A DNA stretch of 64,000 nt from positions 1,798,001-1,862,000 of the forward strand of contig CBFFSA010000001.1 in assembly GCA_965644495.1 (NCBI GenBank), written 5' to 3'. Source of the stretch: Perkinsela sp. CCAP 1560/9 (lineage: Eukaryota; Protista; Euglenozoa: Kinetoplastea). Shown in pieces: positions 36,118 to 45,280 of this stretch; the first letter of the stretch is position 1, and each line of letters starts with the position of its first letter. The translations under genes and the position numbers were made by a program. The notes under the pieces are model-generated. The model was not told where the DNA came from. It saw only the letters and a program-made list of their open reading frames with translations, and did no database searches.

Positions 36118-36900
36118 TCATTGTACATTTAATTTATGTAATGCATACACCGTGCATATACAGCACACATTCCTCACGAGGCACGGGCCCTTCTTATGCG
36201 TGTTTCTCACACTTTGAGTGGGATTTAGGTCTGATTCCTCACATGCAACCCTGATAAGTTCCTCTTTCGTTCTTGGGCATCTTTTATCAACTCTGTATTT
36301 TAAGACAGTCCAAAGAAATTCGATTGAGTTTAAATCAGGGCTATTCGGCGGCCATGTGGAAGACCATGTGTCGCCCAGAACATTCACTCCCATTTCGAAC
36401 AATTTATCTCTTACCTTCAAAGAGGAATGAGGCCCTCGTTTACACCCATCTTGCATAAATTTCCACATATACCGTGGGCGTGCACAATTCGTTATTTGTA
36501 ACAATATGTTTTCAAGACACTCGCAATACGTATCTGCATTCACGGAAGTGTGGTGAACATAAAGAGGTGATCTCCATTCCTCGTAGATAGGTCCGATAGC
36601 AGTCCAGAACATCACTTTTACAGGTTGTTCCGGAACTTGCCGGGTATGACACTCCGGTGGTTCCTGAGATCGCACCTTTCCGGGGTTGCTTTTTTTCTCA
36701 TTGACACTACCCTTTTAATACCCATGGTGAGCAACCACAGGCTGAGTTACCTCAACTCGGAGCGTACGACGATCGCAATGCGCATTTCGTTTATTATTGA
36801 ACGAAAATGCGGTGCTTCCATCACTTCCATCTCTAAAAAATATACAAGTAAGTGGATAAAAAAACGGTACGAAAATGGGTAAAAAGACACGATGAGAAAA
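36118..36900 (-). pseudogene. Tc1-like transposase fragment (42 aa between the second D and the E)
   Basis: KVMFWTAI, FMQDG...H, WPPNSPDLNSIEFLW and PRTKEEL. Confidence 0.8.
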
Positions 36901-37936
36901 AATGTGTTCAGAGTACTTAAAACATATGAACAAGGTGTCAAAGAACGGGGGTGGAATATTGGGTATTAAGCTTGTCTTTGTGTAATCTTCTTTTCCTGCA
37001 GTGATTGTATTTATGGGTTTTTACCCGGTAAATATGTCAAAAACTGGAACATTTTCGTAAAAGAAGCATTTGTTCGGCTCATTTTTTTCACAAAATAATT
37101 CGATCCTAATGAGTCGAGAAAAACCAGTTTAAGCAGCGGGAAACGCACCTATGTAAAATTCTCTCTGCGTTCAAAAAAAAGACGATAAAAAACAGACCAG
37201 TTTTTCAAATTTCGAGGGGGGGTGACATATAGCTGATTGCTAGTGTATGTATGTTTAAACATGTTTATATGTTTATACATATGTATGTATGTTTATACAT
37301 AAACATATGTAAAAACACGGGAAACCATATAGACTCCACAAGAGGGTTATGCGAAAGCTCGCGAATGCGGTATTACTACTGAAAATTGGCCAGGTTTTGC
37401 GAATGTTAGATCCCCATATATTTAGCGGACTCCCCTGTAGTATCCACTTTCTTGTTTACTTTCTTGTTTAAAAGGCAATTCTTTGCACTTTACTAAGTCT
37501 ACAAGACTCAGGTATGCCTCACAGAGCATTTTCACATATCCTGCGTACGGCTGAGGACATTACATCGTCACGTACCGGTCGGATTCGTGGTGTCAACGTC
37601 CCACAAGAATACGAACTTGCAAACTTTATCAAAGACGTCGGAAATACCGATCCCTCTTGGAATACCAACACGCCGGCATGTGAGTGGTATCATGTGATAT
37701 GTGATGAGGGAAATAAAACATCTAAGCTCGAGTGGGCCGGTCGCGAACTGGAGGGTCATATCTGTTTGAAATTTCTCCCTCACTCAGTGCTCGAAATTCG
37801 TGCTCAATACAATAAACTTAGTGGGGAATTACCTTTCAAGGACTTGCCTCCTGCAATTACGATCATTGACCTTACCAAAAATATTTTCACTGGATCAATC
37901 GATTTGACATGTTTACCGCAAACTTTGCGACTGCTA

Positions 37937-38533
37937 ATATAAAGATAATATAAAGGTAATATAAAGATACAGTTTCTGTACCTTGTTGGTACATTTTCTC
38001 TTTAGTTCATCTTTTCTTTCCCCGGCAACGGGCATAGTCTTACTGTTATATGCCCGTTGCCGGCCGGCACTAAGGCCGAAACTGTCCCTCTTTCTCGGCG
38101 AAGTAGGGGACGCGCTTCCACCCCATCACCCCTCCCCGGCTCACTCCTTGAGTGGGTTTTCTTCCCTCCCCGGCTTTCTACCTTTCGCGCCCTTTTCTTC
38201 CCGGGGAGCTATGCGCCATGGTGGCCTCCCTTGAGGACCACTGGGCGTGGCTCTGCCTCGTCTTATCGCGAGGCAGCGGTCGGTTGCAGTGCGCCCCTCC
38301 GGCTGCGTAAAGAGGTGGTGAGTTGCCTGGACCACCTCTACCGACTGGGACCGAGTCGGTTGCAGTGCGCCCCTCCGGCTGCGTAAAGAGAGGGCGAGTT
38401 GCCTGGACCCCCTCTATCGACAGAGTCCGAGCTAAACCCCCTTGGTGCGACATCCGTCAATACGGATTGTGCCGATGATATCGGCTGTCGCATCAAGGGC
38501 TGTATCTCTGCGCCAACGAGCGCATGAACATCA
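37937..38533 (+). mobile_element. Spliced-leader-headed, highly structured insertion (probable retro-copy or retroelement 5' UTR)
   Basis: Defined by the empty site in paralogs. It begins with (taatataaag[a/g])x3 running into an SL-like sequence, contains many hairpins, and has no long TSD. Confidence 0.65.
37959..37992 (+). ncRNA. Spliced-leader (mini-exon)-like sequence followed by GTAC
   Basis: ATATAAAGATACAGTTTCTGTACCTTGTTG|GTAC closely resembles the 3' part of the kinetoplastid SL exon (...AAGATACAGTTTCTGTACTTTATTG|GT). No Sm site or full SL intron was recognised. Confidence 0.7.
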
Positions 38534-39619
38534 AAACTCTCGTGTAATAAACTATCAGGAAACGTCGATTTGGGCCGTCTGCCCCTAAATCTTGAGTTCC
38601 TAGCGATAAATGACAATGCCTTCATGGGAACTCCGGGTCTACGTCGACTCCCACCAAATCTATCTTATTTGAATCTCAACGGAAATCGGTTCGCAGGCTG
38701 GGTAGAGTTGGATTCATTACCTTCAGTTATGTACGCTATATGCCTGGGTTGTAATAAAGAACTTCAAGGTGAGGTGAAGAATAGCCTTTTGACCCAGACT
38801 CCAAATCCGTTATATCTAGAGATTTATGATACAGAGATTACGCGCATTAATGACATAGAGATAGAATACACTGTACCAAAGGGCGTTTTCCAATTTTAAC
38901 TGTTTGTAAACATGCAATGCGATGAATATCGTTTCGGACTAAATATGGTTTTGTAAGATTGGGTGAACGAGTTAGTCGTTTATAGGAGAAAGACAAAAGC
39001 GTACAGGGTTGGTGTATTTACATTGATTCCGATTTTACTCCTCATTTAGGCCGTGCGTATTTATATTCATCTGGATTTGATTGGTGCTTGCGGATTTTAC
39101 TTAGACTTGCCCATTTGTTTTTTACATAATTGTATGTGTAAAAACCTTGTACATATTGACTCGGAATGATATAGATATTGACTATGAAATGTACAATAAT
39201 TGTACCTGTACTATGCTTGCCAATTTATAACCACTTACTCACGCATATAAACTTGTTTTTACGAATCCAAGTAAACATGTAAACATTTATTACCAAATAG
39301 TGGTATGTGATAAAAAGCGAGATCAACGGAACGTGACTTCGAATCGAAGCGTAGCTTACTTCTCCATTTCCACATACAATGTATTCGCAAAGTGAGACTA
39401 TAGTCGTCTCGAGAGACTAAGTTTATAGTATAAACCTAAGTAGTATAATATATTACTCTTGAAAAAGATATTCAAAATAATACTAAATATCCGAATGTAC
39501 TTCCTGTAACCCATAGCTACTGTCTCGCATCTCGATTGGATGTGTTCTCCTTTGTAGTGCGCAGGAAATCCAAATTTGTAGGGGCCTTTTTTTTCTTCAA
39601 TATCACCACAACTTGGAAT

Positions 39620-40020
39620 TAGTAAATTGGATGACCTGAAGTGGCATCCCAACTAGTCTGCATGGTGAAGGTATACCTTCACTATCGGTACTTACACTGT
39701 AAGCGGGAGTATATAAAGTAGTAGTCATTATCAGCACGTTACCGTAGTACACCGTAATGGATCCAACATGTTCTCCCTCATCAAATTTTTTGGAGTTTCA
39801 ACTGAGTCCTCCCCATCGGCACCTCATGAGGAGCTGCCAGCACTTGGACGATATAATACTGGTCCCCAATATACACGGTGAGCTAACGATGCTGACCACG
39901 TATGACCCATCGGAAGAACTGTGGGCACAACAATTTCAGTGTTCAGGTCAATGCCCATAGTCCTCGAAAACGCATCGCAAATCGGTAATGGGTAAAACCT
40001 GTGTCGCAACGATGTTTGTT
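39620..40020 (-). pseudogene. Reverse transcriptase relic, DIRS-order (TATE/VIPER-like)
   Basis: LRHRFYPLPI...VPTVLPMGHTWSASLAH, then ITVYYGNVLI (a decayed YxDN) and LGCHF, in collinear order. Confidence 0.6.
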
Positions 40021-40627
40021 GCGCAGAGGTCCAGCTCCGCCTGAGACAAGTTCCTCTAAGACGGTTTCTTCTCCCTTTCTCAGTGGTCCCGCCACCATAA
40101 TCCTCATGCTCTGCTTTGTGGCTACCTTTCCCTGCGGTTTGACGGACGCGACAAAGGTCTCTGAAAGGCATGGTGAAGATTATATACCGATGAGGCCTGG
40201 TAGGGTACCTTCCTTACTTGCGTCTTCGGAAACGCTGTTTCCCCCTTCTTTGGCGCCACTTTTCTCATGTTTTTTCAGGACGGAGTAAACGGAAAGCAAT
40301 TTACAGTAAAAGCTTTCCGCTTACCTTTTTCTCATCGCATTTATTCGCTTCCTCTCCTTCTTCGCGAGCATCTTTCATCTTCTCTGCATTTTGATACAGT
40401 TCATTTTTTTTAAAACAAGCTATGCTTCCTTATGCTTCACTGTCCCTATTACTTCCTTCCACTCGCTGTGCATTAGCTTGACGTGTTGGATGAGCACAGA
40501 GTGAGAGCGCTCTGCTGAATTCTTTAAAGCTTTAAAACCAAATCCTTGCAATTTCTTTTTAGGATGGAAAACAATTTACCCGTTTGGTCGAAAACCGTGG
40601 CACTATAAGTGGGGGGGGGCACAGTAC

Positions 40628-41116
40628 GGCTATGTCTCTACTTCGTTGACGGGTCAATCAATTGGCTGCCACTTCGTTGACAATCGGATTTATTGTCGAA
40701 GTGGCTGCCAATTGGTTGACCCGTCAACAAGTGTGATTTGATCAACGCTAAGACCTGTTACATTTGCGATCCGCAAAACTGTAGAGGAGGGAGGAGGCGG
40801 AGTCTTCTGCCTTTTTGCCGTAGCGACGACGACTTCCTCGCATGGGAATCCGTAAGGAGCCCCACAACAACAAGGAACCTAGGATCTGCTTTGGAAACAC
40901 GGAATTGGGGAGCTGTTAGGATTGGGTGAAAATTTTATTTCCTGAAAATTTTTCATCGACTCAAACACAGTTTTTTTCATTGTTGCATTTCGTGAGCAGA
41001 AAATTCATACTCGTTAACGGGTCAACCAATTGGCTGCCACTTCGTTGACAGTCGGATTTACTGTCAACGAAGTGGCAGCCAATTGGTTGACCCGTCAACG
41101 AAGTAGAGACGTACCC
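40628..41116. mobile_element. MITE with GG...CC termini and an 8-bp TSD (Merlin-like candidate)
   Basis: CACAGTAC is duplicated at 40620-40627 and 41117-41124. The TIRs begin gg.ta.gtctctacttcgttgacgggtcaa, and each end is itself a ~90-bp palindrome. Confidence 0.85.
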
Positions 41117-41249
41117 CACAGTACTTCCCAAAAAATGGCCAAGTTTTGTAAATGTTAGATCCCTCCATATTTAAGTCCTCTATGGTATCCACATTCATTT
41201 TATTTTGTAGATCGTTTTTAAGGCTATTCTTTGCACTATACTACACTCT

Positions 41250-42011
41250 ATGTCTCACAGGACATTTTCACATATTCTGTGTGCAGCTGAGGATATTACA
41301 TCGTCACGTACCGGTCGGATTCGTGGTGTCAACGTCCCACAAGAATACGAACTTGCAAACTTTATCAAAGATGTCGGAAATACCGATCCCTCTTGGAATA
41401 CCAACACGCCGGCATGTGAGTGGTATCATGTGATATGTGATGAGGGAAATAAAGTATCTAGGCTGGACTGGGGCCGTATCTATGTACTGCGGGGCCGTAT
41501 CTGTTTGAAATATCTCCCTCACTCAGTGCTCGAAATTCATGCTAAACACAATAAGCTTACTGGGGAATTACCTCTCAAGGACTTGCCTCCTGCAATTACG
41601 ATCATTGACCTTTCCTACAATAATTTCACTGGATCAATCGATTTGACATGTTTACCGCAAACATTGCGACAGCTAGTCCTCCGGCGGAATAAACTATCAG
41701 GAAACGTCGATTTGGGCCGTCTGCCCCTAAATCTTGAGTTCCTGGCGATGAATGACAATGCCTTTACGGGAACTCCGGATTTACGCAGACTCCCCCCAAA
41801 TCTATCCTATCTTGATCTCAATAGAAATCAGTTGGCAGGCTGGGTAGAGTTTGATTCATTACCTTCAGGTCTGCTGGGTCTATGCCTGTTGGGTAATAAA
41901 GAACTTCAAGGTGAGGTGAAGAATAGTGTTTTGCCTCAGAGTCTAAATCCTTTCTTCGTAGAGATTCAGGACACGAAAATTACGTACATTAATGATGTAG
42001 AATTTTGTTGA
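41250..42011 (+). CDS. Short LRR protein (close paralog of 22242 and 37514)
   Basis: 253-aa ORF with the same caps and repeats. Confidence 0.9.
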   Translation: MSHRTFSHILCAAEDITSSRTGRIRGVNVPQEYELANFIKDVGNTDPSWNTNTPACEWYHVICDEGNKVSRLDWGRIYVLRGRICLKYLPHSVLEIHAKHNKLTGELPLKDLPPAITIIDLSYNNFTGSIDLTCLPQTLRQLVLRRNKLSGNVDLGRLPLNLEFLAMNDNAFTGTPDLRRLPPNLSYLDLNRNQLAGWVEFDSLPSGLLGLCLLGNKELQGEVKNSVLPQSLNPFFVEIQDTKITYINDVEFC

Positions 42012-42181
42012 GTGGTTATATTTGAAATGAAAGACGAATAGTTATCATAGTATATGGGGGTTATTAAGGGGCATGTTACATCATTCTGAGGATTGACTCA
42101 ATCAGATTGATTAGATAATATTATTGGGACATTTTTTTAGTGAAGAATGTTTTGTTAAAAAGATGGATTATTTCTTCAGTA

Positions 42182-42340
42182 ATTACGGTGGTTATGTAAC
42201 TACCGGTCTACCTTCGATTATTGCAAAAAAAAAGTGAAAAAAAACAGTGAAACTATAAAGAGGAACACAGTAATATAATAGAAGAAAATATACTAAAGGG
42301 GGCCACGGTGGTCCCAAACTGAAAAAGAAGCGGGGGTCCT
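42182..42340 (-). repeat. Short-hairpin terminus of the hairpin-terminated element
   Basis: attacggtggttatgtaactaccg...cgattattg...gaacacagtaatataata matches the reverse complement of 2460-2610. Confidence 0.75.
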
Positions 42341-42902
42341 TGTACGATGCCCACGTCTCATCGTGAGCAAAAGAGGTGTGTTTGCTTCAGCACCGCAGAT
42401 GAAGCAAAGCTTGCGGGAAGCGTATTCTATAATGGGACCAAGCGCAGCAAAGGGAACCCCAAGAAGCGGAAGTACGGAAATGAAAGTTTCTCAAGCAAGT
42501 AACAAAGTAAGTGCTTTTTTCGAAAATTGTTTTGTATGATTTTTGTATTTTGTGATCAATTAAAAAAAACGAAGTTGAATGATTCAAGATTTTGCATCCA
42601 CACATTTTATTGCTTGACTTTTTGCTCACCGTAACAATCGTTTCCAAGAAGGCGATTCCGTTTTCGGCCAGAGCTGGAAACTGAGCTTTCGGCTGGCAAG
42701 GTCAGGGCTTATTGAGATCAGATGGGGAGAGAGGAGAACGAGGTTGGTCCGGTGCGTTGGGAAGTCGGGAATAGGAAAGGGGTTGAACGCGAAGGTTACC
42801 GTGGCGAGGTGGGGAGATAGGTCGACAGGTTTGCCGTTCTCGCGTGAAGTGAGTGACGGTGTGAGGTGATCGGAGGCGAGAGGAACTTCGTTGAACTCGG
42901 GC

Positions 42903-42903
42903 G

Positions 42904-42934
<31 letters not shown>

Positions 42935-42947
42935 GAGAGAGAGAGAG
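42903..42947. repeat. (GA)n microsatellite
   Basis: Read directly. Confidence 0.95.
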
Positions 42948-43430
42948 TTGAAGGTTGAGCAGGATGGTTATGTTCCATGCCTGCCCTTAGTCTACTCCTT
43001 CCTCGGAGCACCATCAAGTAGTCGACGGAGCGAGATGCGTAGTACAGTCCGAAACTTTTTGAACAGCTCAGTTTCTCATCATTTCGTACGACAGAGAATA
43101 TCATAAAACTACTTCAACAAACGAATTCTTTAAAGCCCTTACTCAAATGAGTGGCACTGGATATGATCTCGCGTGCTCTGACATGATCTCGCGTGTTCTG
43201 GTTTTGAATTTATTTCTTTCCCCCCTAATTTCGCTTCCCTTGTGCCTCAACCGTAACCACTCAAATGATGCTTTTGCACCACCTACGTCTGCAAATGTCC
43301 ATCACCTGTAATGAAGATCTGTAGATGTATGTCACCTGTAAATGCTGGAATGATCCTGGAATGACATTTTCTTTTGTTAGTATTTCTTCTTCCTTAGCAT
43401 TTAGTCTAGTATTTTGTGAACACATAACTC

Positions 43431-44273
43431 ATGATTCCCAATCCCGTGCCCTCGGTCTTCTCCTCCTGCCATACTAAAGATGTATCTAATCTGGACAGAA
43501 CGCGCAGGCGTCCCGGCAAGGTCAGGGGATCCAATTTACCACAGGAATATGAACTTTCACAATTTGTTGCGAATATCGAAAATCCGTATCCTTCTTGGAA
43601 CACGTCAACCCCTGCCTGTGAGTGGAAAGGTGCGTGGTGTGATACAGAGCAAAAGGTGAGGTATATTAATTGGCATTCTTTCATCGGACAGCAGCTGAGA
43701 GGATCACTGCAATGGAACTATTTTGTTTTTACCCTACATGAATTCCGGGCACCGTACAACAAACTTACGGGAAACGTCCGTTTGGATATGTTGCCATCTA
43801 AGTTTGTGGAATTTAGTATTCCCAGTAACCTTTTTACCGGGGGATTGGAACTATGCGACTTACCGGAAAGCCTAGAAGAGGTTCAACTCTATAGGAATGA
43901 TTTCCAGGGAAGTATAGACATGTCATGTCTGGGGAAAAATATACGTACCTTGAAGGTATCGCGCAACGATTTATCGGGGGAAATTGATTTCACAAGCCTG
44001 CCGTCATGTATAGATTTCATAAGCCTATCCCACAACAGGTTTACTGGACCACTGAACTTGCAGCATTTGCCTTCATCACTTCGATACCTGAAATGTGGCC
44101 ATAATCTATTCTCTGGATTGGTAGAGTTTCATAGTCTTCCACCAGGATTGGAGATCATTTCTCTGAGAGATAACTCTGCGCTTTACGGGGATGTCAACGA
44201 TTCCGATCTGCCTGGCACACTTTACAGTATTAAAGTGGATGGTACGAACATAATGGCGAAAAACTTAAACTAG
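43431..44273 (+). CDS. Short LRR protein (array family)
   Basis: 280-aa ORF with GKVRGSNLPQEYEL, TPACEWKGAWC, LRR repeats and VDGTNI. Confidence 0.9.
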   Translation: MIPNPVPSVFSSCHTKDVSNLDRTRRRPGKVRGSNLPQEYELSQFVANIENPYPSWNTSTPACEWKGAWCDTEQKVRYINWHSFIGQQLRGSLQWNYFVFTLHEFRAPYNKLTGNVRLDMLPSKFVEFSIPSNLFTGGLELCDLPESLEEVQLYRNDFQGSIDMSCLGKNIRTLKVSRNDLSGEIDFTSLPSCIDFISLSHNRFTGPLNLQHLPSSLRYLKCGHNLFSGLVEFHSLPPGLEIISLRDNSALYGDVNDSDLPGTLYSIKVDGTNIMAKNLN

Positions 44274-44479
44274 ATTTGTGTACTATAATTCGTGTGAGTT
44301 CTGAGAACTCAACGATAAGTATACATATAGTATATCATATAGTATTTTTATTCAGAAAGCTTCTCCTTCTTTTCATTACAATTTTCGCTATTGTGGCTGG
44401 TATCATCTTGAGTGATGGTTGATATAGTTATTCGTAGGCTAAACTTCATTTTTTACCCACTTACCGCGATTGACTTGAC

Positions 44480-45280
44480 ATGATCGATTCTTCACCACCC
44501 CTCCTCCGCCGAGGAAAGGCGAGAACTAAACTCCCAGCGGAGTATCATTTAACCGAATTCTTACACGAAGTTCGTGTGCGTAGAGGAATGCACATGAGTG
44601 CAGAAAACACACATCTCTCGTGGAATGTAAATACTCCCGCGTGCAAATGGGATGGCGTGCACTGTAATGAGCGTGAAGAAATTGTGAGAATAGCGTGGTC
44701 AAATCGCGATCTCAGTGGGACGCCCGATTGGATACATTTATCTCGTGTAGAGTGCTCTGAGGTACATCTTTCTCTCAATGCATTAGACGGCGAGATTCCG
44801 CTAAAATTCTTACCATCGAACATCATTTGGTTCACCGGTACCGGAAACAAATTTAATAGCACATTAGAATTAGGAGAAATGCCAGAACACCTGCAAGTGT
44901 TCAGTCTGAGTTACTGCGACCTCCATGGCCCCATCTCATTACAACATCTCCCTCATGGTTTCCTGGCATTGCACCTAATGCGCAACCATCTCACGGGTAG
45001 TCTCGACTTGGGAAGCTTACCCACCACGATGGATTCGTTGGACTTGTCATTCAACGGCTTCTCCGGGCCCGTCAATTTGCACAGTCTTCCAGTTCTCATC
45101 CGGGTGTTTCTGGACAACAACCCGAATCTCAGCGGCGAGTATGATCCATTCCGCGCGTACGTCTTCCGTTATACTATTACCATAGAAGGGACGCAAATCA
45201 AGCGAATACCTTCAGGCGCCTCATTGCCGTATTGCCTGCCTCTACGGTACGCATTCGACTCTGATGTATGGAAATTTTAG
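44480..45280 (+). CDS. Short LRR protein, 'LPLRYxFDSxVWxF' tail subfamily
   Basis: 266-aa ORF with RGKARTKLPAEYHL, TPACKWDGVHC and the C-terminus CLPLRYAFDSDVWKF. Confidence 0.9.
   Translation: MIDSSPPLLRRGKARTKLPAEYHLTEFLHEVRVRRGMHMSAENTHLSWNVNTPACKWDGVHCNEREEIVRIAWSNRDLSGTPDWIHLSRVECSEVHLSLNALDGEIPLKFLPSNIIWFTGTGNKFNSTLELGEMPEHLQVFSLSYCDLHGPISLQHLPHGFLALHLMRNHLTGSLDLGSLPTTMDSLDLSFNGFSGPVNLHSLPVLIRVFLDNNPNLSGEYDPFRAYVFRYTITIEGTQIKRIPSGASLPYCLPLRYAFDSDVWKF

Larger units (their letters stand above)
37514..38899 (+). pseudogene. LRR gene interrupted by a 597-bp insertion
   Basis: Joining 37514-37936 to 38534-38899 gives an open 262-aa paralog of 22242/41250 (...LPQTLRLL|KLSCNKLSGNVDLG...). 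Confidence 0.88.

Noticed and set aside
22242-42011. Diversity-generating retroelement (template/variable repeat) behind LRR variation
   Set aside because: Paralog differences are not adenine-specific and are spread over whole genes, and the nearby RTs are decayed CRE or DIRS types.
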